Below are positions 1-11,088 of a stretch of DNA of 54,592 bases, piece by piece. Numbering within the stretch: the first letter of the stretch is position 1; every line of letters begins with the position of its first letter. A program made the position numbers and the translations under genes. The notes below the pieces were generated by a model, which saw only the letters and a program-made list of their open reading frames with translations, ran no database searches and was not told the origin of the DNA. Source of the stretch: Polymyxa betae A26-41 (lineage: Eukaryota > Protista > Endomyxa: Phytomyxea); assembly GCA_003693705.1 (NCBI GenBank), contig RBZT01000398.1, forward strand, positions 1 through 54,592, written 5' to 3'.

Positions 1-181
1 TGGCCTACAGCCACGGTGGATGAAAACTCCGCCGCGGAGTTTACCAAGGTATGAGAGCGCCCTAATAGACTCGAGTATTTAAAGATCAATTTTCACTTCT
101 AATACATCTCATTCTGTTATTGATTGTGTTCGGCTCACATCGTTCTGAATCGTAGCCGCTCACCGAGCGAGAAAACCAACA
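1..181 (+). mobile_element. 3' part of an LTR of the ~330-bp LTR family (runs off window start)
   Basis: Shares 'cattctgttattgattgtgt..gctcacatcgttctgaatcgtagccgct' and the AAACTCCG-N3-CGGAGTTT palindrome with copies at 19518 and 32127; ends ..CCAACA at 181. Confidence 0.85.
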
Positions 182-186
182 TTATA

Positions 187-3100
187 CACTTTAAAAGCTG
201 GAAAATGGCCAATTTTGATCAATTCTATAATTCAAAAATTAATCTAGAATCGCTGAAATTTGCAGTCGCATTCGGAATGACCCAAACCCTAGCCCGCAAA
301 AAGGTTTGCGCGAAATTCGCGCTCTGGACCTCGTCGTCGCTGATTGCGTTTCCTTCCCGATTCAATGGCGTCTCTGGAGGAGTTCTTCGATAATTACGAT
401 GATTCAGCGTCCGATATCTCGGAAGACGATACTGAAGATGAAACCTTACAGTGGAGTTATGTTACAGCTGCTCAAATGGGCGAAGTTTCAGTTGTAACGA
501 CATCGCTGGATGGGATGCTTTATGAAGACGCTGTTCGTGAGATTCGAGCCGTCTGCCGCAATGTGAGGCAGATTCTGACCAAGTCCAGCAACGCTGAGGT
601 TACATTTGATGATATCGTAAACTATTTTCTATCTGCGCTTGCTGGTAACCTGTTTAGTGCTGTTCGAGAAGGTCTACCATCAGGTAACGTTACTAACCCT
701 AAACCCTAAACCCCAAAATAGACCTGTTGCTTTTTAGGGCGCGCTCCAGTAGCAGGAACCGATTTGGCAGCATCTATTAAGGTTATCGGGTATCTCTCGA
801 TATATCGAACAACGCCAACACGTTTCTTTGATCATGCTAAACGTTCTCTGTACCCCATCGCTTCTTCATTTGACCAAGACTCTTTTCTGAAGATTATGAA
901 ATACTTGAACGCTCGCAGAGATTCGGATAATGGCAGTTCGTGGGACTGTCCATTTGCGGTTGGCACAGGAGTTCGGGCAACGGAGCAGGCGGTAACCGTT
1001 GCTTCATGTAGATTGGCTTATATTCGTGGCGTAACGTCTATAGCTCTGGATGACGACCAGTATCGTCTGACTTCTGCTCTGTCGGAGGATATGGGTTTCA
1101 CAAGGGATAACAACCCTAAGAAAGCTCTCGGCGTTGTATCCTCTGTGGTTCTTGGAATGAGACTTCTGGGCAAAGGGAAAGTTGTTCTGACATTGTCAAG
1201 GTTATCCTGATGTGGATGCAATCTGCTGGCCTTCCTGAACACGTTCAAGGGCTTAATGAAACGATTGCTATGGATCGAGGTTACTTACTTCCTGGACTAA
1301 TTGAGTATCTCTGTGAGCGAGGGTTTCACATAATTGACACATTTAAACGCATCAAATCTGCGCCTTTTGCCTTCGGTGGCATTGCTCACAGCAACTGTCG
1401 TCTGGTGATGGACAAAGGTGCTAAAAGCATATATGTTGCTCGAAAGAAGTTTGCTGACAAATGGGTGTATGGTATCGCCTATCGTGGTGGACGGGGAAGA
1501 GTCGCAATGCATTTTTCAACCGCACCAAAGGACTGCCATCTGGGTCCTCAGACCGAAACGTGCTGACACATTCACGGTATCTGAAACAGACCATCTAATG
1601 ATTCAAACCTCGGTTGACAAAAATACTGATTGTATAACACGCAGCCAAGGTGGCGCTGAATGGCATATTTTGCGGGTCGGGTCCATCACCTCAACCGTTG
1701 CTCACGTTGTTCTTTCTAACTGTTATGACCGGTTTGATACCCCCGTCGAGCAGGAGCTGCTATCTATCATTGGAATCACAGGACGGAGAAATCTCCCTGC
1801 TTTCGATCGAGACGATTTAAACCACAGAACTGTGTCAGAGTTACGGATCCTGTGCAACTCTAGGAATCAGAATTCTCGGGGAAACAAGAAGGATCTAATC
1901 GAGCGACTGCTCGAGCCCACGGAAAGCTTACCTCTTAGTAACGTTCGTCTGACTGCAAGTTTGATGGAGAAGTGGTTTATGAAGCCTTTCACCAACTCTT
2001 ATATGAAGTTAGGAAGCGTCAATGAATCGAACATTCGTCGCGCGTTGCCGGCATTCTTTGATGATCATGGCCAAGGATTCCGCATTATGGGAGATATTGT
2101 AGAATTTCTGCGAAAGAGGTCAGTGGACGGCAGTAACGACAATCTGATGGCAACATCTATCGACGGCGTAATGGTTTTGAATCCTCCAAGTTCGGATGGA
2201 TCAGCAACGTTCGTATGTATTCTGGAGCTGAAAACTATGACAGCGCATCAATCTGTTGAAGATGCCCACAGGCGATTAGATGAAGCTTCTATTCTGACCT
2301 CAACTTTGGGACAGCGTCTTTTTGTCACATCATTCGATCATCCTTTGATTCGAAAATTGGTCTTTACTCCGGCCTACAGATCCCAGGTTCTGCATCATTG
2401 TTCTGTCGCTTCTGTTGACCATTGCCTGTATGTTGTAGCGAGCACGAGCAGCGTGATATATTCACTTCTGATCCAGGTATCTCGAGATTGTCGAGCCTTG
2501 TTTTCGTCAATGCTTTTGACCAAATGTGCTGAGCACTCCCAGTACTTTACAGGTTTAGAATCTCCGAATCTAGTTGATCTTCGACCTACTGGATTCGGGC
2601 ATGCTGTGGATTTGCACACTGTTCAAATCTGGAGCAAATTGCAGCAAGCTTTTGAATCCTGCCCGGCAGCGTACGAGCAGCCCGTTGCTTCCAGCTCATG
2701 ATTTCGTGCCATTTGTGGTCGATCATTGGAATCATTTCAAAGGTGGCCAGGATATTGTTTCTAGAATTTTGGCAAATGTCAAAATTGACTTCCGGTCATT
2801 AACCCCTCGGGCGTTCATCTATATCCGGTTCATCATGGTTTCTTTGATGGACTCGCATATGATAAACCGGCTTTTGCAAGTCGAAAGTGAGCTCGCTCAC
2901 TTTTCGACATACAAGCAGTTGAAACAACGCCTGAACCGCTTATCTTCTTTCTCTGATTTCCTGCAGAAGTTCACGGAAACTTGGACTCCTTCGCCGTCAT
3001 TTATCAACTGTATGCAGGACGCTGCTGAGCTGGGAACAGGTGCCTCTGCATTTTAGCGCAAGCTCCTGGAAGAAACGTTTTTGCTTGGCTGAATGGACCA

Positions 3101-3479
3101 GTGGGACGGGTGACTCGTCCTCGCACGGACGTCTACCATGAAATCCAGCATGGCGGAACACGGCGCTGGTGCCCTATATGCAACACTCAAACCACCGCAC
3201 GATGTATCATTTGCGGCGTGACTGCTTGCGTTCAAACTGCAGGACTTTGGACACGATCCTGCATGGATTTAATGCACACTGCTGACGGTTTAGTTCAAAG
3301 GGTCCGTCCGAAGAGAGACCCTCACCAGCGCGGTAGAAGAGGTCGTCGCCGATCGCTTACGCCTCAAAGTGAGCGAACGCGACGGCAGCGAAGCCAGAGT
3401 CCAGAGCAGGACTCCTCTGCTCAAGCACAGCCTCGAACTCGACGTCAGAGAGCTCAATAAACCCTTTTTTCTTATAGTG
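187..3479 (+). mobile_element. piggyBac-like DNA transposon with TATA target duplication
   Basis: TATA(183-186)|CACTTTAAAA...TCTTATAGTG|TATA(3480-3483); short imperfect TIR (8/10); one long transposase gene fills the element. Confidence 0.75.
365..3460 (+). pseudogene. piggyBac-like DDD transposase with internal YqaJ/lambda-exonuclease + SAP domains and C-terminal Cys-rich domain (frameshifted)
   Basis: Acidic N-terminus; GT-AG intron 684-737 joins ORF 344 in frame to ORF 764; IALDDD (D at 1049), IAMDRGY..LCERGFHIIDTFKR (D at 1273), PFVVDHWNHFKGGQD (D at 2751); SQGGAEWHILRVGSITST, MKLGSVNE, TSIDG, LELKT, YRSQVLHH; SAP TVSELRILCNSRNQNSRGNKKDLIERLL; CPIC..RCIICGVTAC..SCMDLMH; frame changes near 1200, 1540, 2680, 3060. 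Confidence 0.8.
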
Positions 3480-3499
3480 TATATTATTCACTATAACGC

Positions 3500-4644
3500 A
3501 TTTCCCCAGTTATTGCGGGGCCGCGCAAACCCTAACCCCTACCCCTCGATTGCGAAGGCTCTGTTTGAGCTACAATAAAATTTTTACATAGACATGTAGA
3601 GTATTGCAAGGGCATCATCAGGATAGTATTGGTTGGGGCTCAGACGCTCCCTCTGAGTTTTAACAGATTGCTAAAAACGAAAAGTGCATAATATGCATTC
3701 CACGGACTGCGGATCAGGGCTATGCAGCCCTCAGGAAGAGTTTTTGCTGGATTCAAAAGTTTGGGCTGTAGCACTCTGCTCATCTCGGCGTCGCTCCAAG
3801 AACCAGGGTAATTATCTTTACCCCAGATCAAGCAGCCATCGAAACCATAACATAAAACACCTGCAACTCAGGTCACATGCAGCCAGCCTATTTACAAAAA
3901 CTGTGACGATAATCTGAAAGATGGTTTGCTACACATACCATTATACATTGCATTTTGTGAGTCAGCGTCGGTTGGCTCTTGGACAGGCAGATTCAGGCCA
4001 TCAGCTACTCCGAAACAACCCTTTACAAGTTGAGATTATTTGTGAGTATTATCATGGATTTTACCTTGATCAGTGGTTCCCTTTCGTGACAGAAATTCGC
4101 CCATGTGCGTTGCTCTTCGAAAGAGGGCCATAAAATTAAAGCCTGATCGATTTCCATCAGTGCAAAGGATAATGAAAATTCCGCATTGGCTAATATTCGA
4201 GAAAATGTCGCTGGTGGAACACCAAATTATTTGCATAGTGAATTACGTCGAATTTCAGCAGTGTTAAAATGTAAAAGGCATCCCAGTTCCGCATGCCGAT
4301 GCATAAATTTAATAGGTCGTCCTCGTTTACCAGGCCCATTTCGAACGACATAATGCTTATCAAAAACGATAAATGATAGTCAAATGAATCATAATGCTTA
4401 TCAAAAACGATAAATGATAGTCAAATGAATCAGGGTCAATCGAGATAAAGTTAATAAAACTTCCACGATCTCGGCTGTGATACAGAGTATACCACGGCGA
4501 ATCAGAGGAGTCAACTATCGCATTCGTTGTAAGATAGTTCCTTTCTCGATCAAGCATTCTCAGCCGCATCAGCCAAAGCAGACGGTGCTGTTGCCTACGT
4601 CGCCAAATACGATGCAATACACCCCACTTCAGTCGTTGTTTCAT
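3500..4644 (-). pseudogene. PIF/Harbinger transposase remnant
   Basis: N-terminal 'NYLTTNAIVDSSDSPWYTLYHSRDRGSFINF' and 'WGKDNYPGSWSDAEMSR' (PGSWxD motif); multiple frameshifts; 3' limit approximate. Confidence 0.75.
4349..4432. repeat. 41-bp perfect tandem duplication inside the transposase remnant
   Basis: cataatgcttatcaaaaacgataaatgatagtcaaatgaat x2. Confidence 0.95.
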
Positions 4645-4789
4645 TTTTTTGTGTCATTTTTGGTGATACACCAGGCCTCTTCAATTTTGGTAAACTATTG
4701 GACCGTTCTTGAAATTCAATACAAGAATTCCTAGACTAAATTGACGCAACCTGTCAGCCGGTAACAGTGTCAAAAATGTTAGACTTCGA

Positions 4790-5030
4790 CCTCCCAGATC
4801 TAGGATTTTGAATCGAGCCAGAGGACCCTTTCTAGATTCCTAATTATGTAAACAGGGCGCTGTATTAGATTCCTTAGATTCGAATCCGAATCTTTCCTGA
4901 GAACAGCCACCAACAGCGCCATGGACAAACCCTTTCTAGATTAATATTAAATAAACCTGGCGCTGTATTGAATTCAAATCCTAATCTTTCTTGAAAACCA
5001 GGGCGTTGTATTAGATTTAAATTCTAATCT
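4790..5030. repeat. TE subterminal-type repeats
   Basis: GGCG(C/T)TGTATT x3, repeated TAGATTC/GAATC motifs, ACCCTTTCTAGATT-like x2. Confidence 0.6.
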
Positions 5031-5861
5031 AAAAAGAGCCATCAACAGCGCCATGAATTCCTAAAGGCGCTGTCGTGCCTCCACGCGGCGCTCCTCCCGC
5101 TCGAATGCCAGCTGGGCGGCGCGCAGTTTCCTCACGCTTTGACTCAGCCTCGCGGCGTTCGTAGGCTTCGAGTTTCCATCGCGCTTTTCGCTGCAATTCC
5201 GCTTCACGGCGTTCATCCGCCTCCATCTTCATCATCAACATGGTACGGTCCTCTAAGTCTCCAGTATCCGTGATCTTGCATTTGTGGCGCAGCGGTAAAG
5301 GCGTCACTGTTCCGGACGATGATGTGGGTTTCATCCTACCAGGCGCTCACGTGCGTGGTGTTGCCTTCTTCTCCGAGTTTGTAGAAGACGTAGCACGTGC
5401 TGCGGCAATTGGCGTGCTGTTAAGGTCACGTGATGCCTCAATTGGCGTGCTGTTGATGTCATCATTTTCAATATCCGAAACGTCGCCCAGCGACCATTCA
5501 TCCGCATCACCGTTGCTTTCCGGTTTTTTTCCTCGATGTCAGGCTCTGCAGGCATTGCGGTATCCAGCATAACACGCGCATTGATCATTCGGTAGATTCT
5601 CTTGGCATCGCGGATATGTTCTGGGCAATTTGGATCTCCAGGAGGGATCTTCTTGTTTCGAAGTTCCCGAAACTTCTTCTTAAGGGCCTCTCCCGAGCGG
5701 TTTTGCCCTGTCGATTTGTTGTAATCGTTAGCTACCAATTCCCATTGATCTCCGCATATCGGCTTGAATATCATGCAGAGCATGTTCAGTATGTGGAGGT
5801 TGTCGATAGTGAAGTTCACAGCTCCTGCAACTCGCCCTTTTTTTATCTTTAGTTCGGACAT
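5029..5861 (-). pseudogene. Harbinger accessory Myb/SANT-like protein (DUF6818-like)
   Basis: GRVAGAVNFT..W..VANDYN..RSGEALKKKFRELRNKKIPPGDPNCPEHIRDAKRI; frameshifted charged coiled C-terminus; divergent from transposase at ~5935. Confidence 0.75.
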
Positions 5862-5934
5862 AGTTTAGCGAAGTGAGCGTTTATTCGCTGCTGCTGCAGT
5901 GTTTATTCGCTGCAGCAGCAGAGGAAGATATTTT

Positions 5935-7309
5935 GATGCTCGAGCCAACATTAGCTGCATCTGAAACTTTGACCGCGACAGTTTCCGTTCCAGGGGAACT
6001 GTTTCTGAGAGGACTACTATCGGGTTGGCAATAATATCTGTTTGCCAAGTTTCTTGGATTGCTAATGTGGCTCCAACTGCTTCTGTTAAAGGCTCGCAAA
6101 CGCGCTCTCGTCAGGGGTGCGGCACGAAAGCGTAACAAAATCCCTAGGGCGTCGCTGTTATGGACAGCCGATTCCCCATGGCGCATGTTATGGGGTAACG
6201 GGCACGATGCCGCGCTTCTGGTGGCAGGGTTTGATCACCTCGCTTTTCGTCAGATACTTGCAAAATTTACGCCCCAGTACATTCGATACACGCCGCATTC
6301 GGACGACGGTGTTATTCGTCTGAGATACAGCAATAGGAGTCGACGTCGCCTAATGCGTCCTGAAGATTGCCTCGCTCTGGTTTTTCTCTGGTGTCGGACC
6401 AAGTAAGAAAGCGGGACCGCATGAATCCACGAGATTGCTAACTGCATGTCAACAGATGTCCAATTTGGGTATTGACGATGATTTTAGAGTATCATCATCG
6501 GTTTGCGAAACTTGGTTGAAGTTCGGCATTCACGTTCTCGATTCAGTCATGGTAAACATGACTGAATCCCGAATTGTTCTTCCAGATGAGGCCACAATGC
6601 CACAATTCATTGACGCAATTCGGCAAAGGCACAATCTGCTAGACAACCTCTGGGCTGTCGTTGACGGTCTCAAGCTCTATCTTTCAGAATGCGGCGACTG
6701 CTTGATCCAAAACGCCTACTACAACGAGTGGACATCGGACTGCTATATCGATAATCTGTTTATATTTACACCTGACGGCTGCATTGCGTTCCGGATATTG
6801 AATGCTCCAGGTAAGTCGCTGGAAAATACGCAATCTGCGCAGAATGACCATGGCGTAGGGAGTTGGCATGACGCCGAAATTGCCAAAGCAGGGGGGCTTT
6901 ACGACATGTTCAATGCAATTTTCGAGAAATTCGGTGCCAAGGTCATCGCCGATTCCGCATTCCCCCTCAAAGCGGGTACGCCAGCAATGCTCGAGTATCG
7001 AAGGCGAACGAACCTGGTCCTAGGAATGCAAGGGAGCTAGGCTACGAGCAACAGCTGACCAACTCCAGGCAGCCGGCTAAGTGGGTTATGCGTGCCTTGC
7101 AACGGGGATTCCCGCGCCTGAAAGCTCGATTTCCGTATGAGGAACGAGGGCACCGATGCGTCGTAATGCGCATGATTTCGGCGCTTCATAACGCGCGCAC
7201 GCGCATGGTTGGCATCAATAAGATCCGCAACGTGTACATGCCCGAATTGGAGCGTGAGGCAGAAGGTCTATTCAACCTTCCGCAGTGGATTGAGGCTGTC
7301 AGTGATTAA
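5935..7309 (+). pseudogene. PIF/Harbinger DDE transposase
   Basis: SPWRMLW..; WAVVDGLKL; NAYYNEW..NLFIFTPDG..NAPG/GSWHD (intron from 6810); VIADSAFP; RQPAKWVMRALQRGFPRLK. Confidence 0.85.
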
Positions 7310-7649
7310 TAAACTGCCGATCCAGTTTTATATTTCCCGAAACAACACTTTATTGAGAATTTAGGAATTGTCTGCCAAAAAATGAATTTCGGGGACCCTT
7401 ATATATTTAGAACTTCCTAAACCTTAATTTGCCAGTCACAGAAATTTAGTCTAGGAATTCCTTAATTGAATTTCAGGAACCGTCCATTAATAATTACCAG
7501 AATTAACGAAAATAGGGTTTGAAAATTTACCAAAAATAAAAGTTAAATATGATATGGATTTTTTTCAAGGACTGCGTGGTATGTGGAGAGGTTGTCGTGT
7601 AGCTGTCTACCTGGCTTTTTTGCAGTCATCTCACCAAGTCAATTCATTC

Positions 7650-8320
7650 CCAATGAGCCGAACTCCGTTTCAGCCTGATCATGAATTGAAATATGGCCCA
7701 AAGATCATGCATATTGACCCAGATTCCAAGCAAACGGTCTCGGTTCGTGGCAGTTTTGTGGGTATTTCGGAAAATATGACTCTGGGGAAACCCGAGCTCG
7801 ACAACAGTCAAACAGAATCAAGACCTCAATCGATCGTTGCGCTCGTAGATCGCGTAAGTAGTATGTGTACGATGAGGAACGCAGAAAATCGCCCGATCGA
7901 AGATGACTTCCCTTCGTTTTCCACGATTCTTATGCAAGTTACGGGGCAGAGATTTCGGACCATTGCTGGAGAGATACCGAAAACGTTTCGCGACTGTCTA
8001 CATCGAATCACATCTGAGAAACGACATTGTTTAAGGCTTACGAAAATGACACAGCATTGCAATAGGCAATTGAGCAGTGTTGCGAGGTTGATCCGTTCGA
8101 GAAACACTTGAATATCAATGCTCTTGTATAATGGACGATTTTCGACACTTCAGTCGTTTGATGGGCCTTGTTTACAGTATTTCTGAATACATCTTCTGTC
8201 GAAACCGATTTTTCAGTCGTGGGATGGGAGAAGAATAAGAATCGGGAGTCATTTCAGACATTTTATTAGAAGACGCTTCGCAAGCTAAGCAGTTAGATCA
8301 GCTCCAACATCTGAAATTGA
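7650..8320 (+). pseudogene. Internally deleted hAT-like transposase remnant
   Basis: N-terminal 'RTPFQPDHELKYG..VSVR' and C-terminal 'VETDFSVVGWEKNKNRES..QAKQL' resemble oomycete-type hAT-like transposases. Confidence 0.5.
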
Positions 8321-8808
8321 CGGATTTCGACAGCTGCATGTTGCTTATATAATAGAACCTTAAGCAAAACAGAAATACCAAATTAAACAAAATAAGATCC
8401 ATAAATGTACCAAAATTAGCTTATTCATGATCTCAGCCACAAAGTACGCTGCTTGATCAGAGACATATATTTTTGACTTTCCGAATAGAGAGCGCCATTG
8501 CAATAAAGCATCTACTGTAATTGCTGTATTTGGCACAATTACAGGCTTAAGTAAGACCAATCCAGAAAAATCATCTCGAATGACGAGAATCCATTGGTAG
8601 TTCAAAGAACTCTTCAATTTATGCATTATATATAAGGGCTCGTCTGGACGCCACGGTTTATTCTCAGCCTCAATAACCTGTATATCTTGATAAATTTCAA
8701 ATATTACGATATCTGTATTTATCTCAATAAAAGCGCAATAGTGCTCTGTCTGGGCAACCAACACCGTCGCTAATCTTAATCTACGTGTTCCGCTAATCTA
8801 CGTGTTAC

Positions 8809-10090
8809 GATGGCTCCGTCGTCGAAGAAACATTTGGTAATTCATGATTTGCAACAGCGCCTGAGGCGTCAGGCCTTAATCAACAGACTTATAACATTTT
8901 ATTGCTCCAACTATCTGCTAAAGCAACCGAAACACGACTCTCGGCTGTCAGGTGCAATGTGGGTTATAGAACTTTTAAATGGCAACTCTGAGCGAATGAT
9001 TGAGAATGCTCGGATGGATCCTGATGTTTTTGGGAAACTTGTGAAGGAGCTGAGCACAGAGGGTGGCCTGACCCCGACAACAAACGTTTCGCAAGAACAG
9101 GTAATGATATTTCTCGTGTTTGCCGGTCAAAGAACAACAAGTAGGACTCTTCAAGAGCGCTTTCAGCACTCGGATGAAACAATAACCAGGTGAATGAACT
9201 GCTAATCATTATGATATATTGTGTATGCTTATTACAAGTCATATAGGCATCTGTATGCAGTTGTAGACGCTATACTCAAGCTGGCTGGAAAGTACATCTC
9301 CATTCCAGAACCAGGATCTCCCTGTCCAGAGGAAAATGCCTCTAATCCTAAATTTGCCCCTTATTTCTCAAATTGTCGCATGGCCACAGATGGAACCCAT
9401 CTTCCTGTATGGGTTCCAGCCTGCAAATGCGATGCATTTAGAGGACGTAAAGGACTTACTCAGAACGTCCTTGCGTCCTGCTCGTTTGATTTACAGTTTA
9501 CGTATGTTTTAGCAGGTTGGGAAGGAACAGCTGCCGATGGTAAGCTTATGGTAGATGCTCTTTCGAAAGACTATAGGGTGGATGAAGGCTTCTACGATTT
9601 GGGTGACGCCGGATTCGCTTTAACCCCTTATATGTTGAACCCATATCGCGGTGTGAGATATCATTTGAACGAGTATGCAAAGGGTAGCAAAAAGTAGGTT
9701 ATTTATGGCTTTGCAAATATACAATTTTTACGAGAGTAGGCCCCAAACGAAAAAGGAGCTTTTCAATTTACGGCATTCGAGTCTCAGAAACGCTATAGAG
9801 CGAATAATTGGTATTCTGAAAAAACGGTTCCCTGTTCTAATCGCTCGAATGCAGTATCCTTATGAATTCCAAGTTTCATTGGTAATCGTAATATGCGTTT
9901 TGCATAACTTTATTCGCAGGAACGGCGGCGAAAAAGACCCTACAACAGGCTTTGGGTAGACGGTAATCATCGTGAGCCATGCAGTGAAGGGATTCAAGAA
10001 GCTGCCGAATCTGGTCAAGCAAAACAAATGCGAGACGATATCGCAACAAAAATGTGGGCAGATTACAGTCGGTACATTTGTAGAAATTAA
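8809..10090 (+). CDS. Harbinger transposase (HARBI1-like; spliced, probably damaged)
   Basis: RMDPDVF..EQVMIFL..LQERFQHSDETITR; ATDGTHLP; QNVLASCSFD..GWEGTAADG; LGDAGF..PYRGVRYHL; ELFNLRHSSLRNAIERIIGILKKRF; introns starting ~9190 and ~9694. Confidence 0.9.
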
Positions 10091-11088
10091 AACGATTTCG
10101 AAATTTGGTCACCTACCCAAAGCAATTGCAAATGCGGTTTCATACGTAGGAAAATCCTCGCCTTTGCCTCTTCTAATACAACATTGAAAGCTTGGACTTT
10201 TTCGAAATCATCCAGGTCTAGGCCGTCAATAACATCCACGGCGAGCTCGGATGCATTCTCCTTCGCCTGTTTTTTCTCGGGAGATTCGGTGACTAGCTTT
10301 TCAAGAAATTCATATCCCTGTTCGCTAATCCGATTCATCTGGTCCAATGAAGCTGCAAGTCTACTTGCTCCGTTTTCCCGAATTCGTTTTGGGCGAATTC
10401 GCTTAGCGCTGATGGCAGATGAAGGAGTCTTCAAATCTGTTGCTTCCACAGATACTTTCCGCGCCAGCGGCTCTTTTTCGGCATTATTATCCGAATCATT
10501 GCTAAATTCGCTATCGTTATTCGGCGATTTAGAAGCGACAGCGACTATTCCGGTCGAAGAGGCAGCTGAGTTCGCGAACGCTCCGACCGCTATAGTGTCT
10601 TCGTAAAGCTGTTCAAGCAAAGGGAATAAAGGAAAGGGTGTACTTCTCCATTTCTTTGTTTTTGGATGTTTCTACATATCAAGGTCAACTTCGCAAAGAA
10701 ACCCTAACATTGACATACGTCGATGTAATCTGCCCAAACTGAATCTGAAGCATTGCGATGTGACGAGAAGAATCCCACCCGAAACCGCTCATTCCTTTGA
10801 TAGATCGAACTATATCGTAATCTTTTCGTAACTAAAAGTCGGGAACTAAGCCTATCAGTGGACGTCTTTATATAGGAAGAACCTGGGCATTTCGGGTCTT
10901 TAAATGGTCCCGATCGTAGGAGAGTTTGAATTCAGAATTGAGTTTCTGCACGGCCGCTTCCCAAGCTTCTTTTTTAAAAACCAGACTGAGCAAGGCGACC
11001 TAAAACATTGACCTGGTGGACCATCTCAGTGACCCAGCACACGTCCTGCTCCTCGGACCATGACGCTCGAGTTCGCTCATTCTTCATA
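10087..11088 (-). CDS. Harbinger Myb/SANT-like partner protein (spliced)
   Basis: RASWSEEQD..FKKEAWEAA..; SGFGWD..; TKKWRSTPFPLFPLLEQLYEDTIAVG; convergent with transposase. Confidence 0.8.

Noticed and set aside
1418-2701. Phage/viral YqaJ recombinase gene indicating prophage or endogenous virus
   Set aside because: Embedded in a spliced piggyBac-like gene within TIR/TSD; no capsid, polymerase or other viral genes nearby
8360-8764. 134-aa ORF as a standalone gene
   Set aside because: Chimera of Harbinger terminus and gypsy integrase
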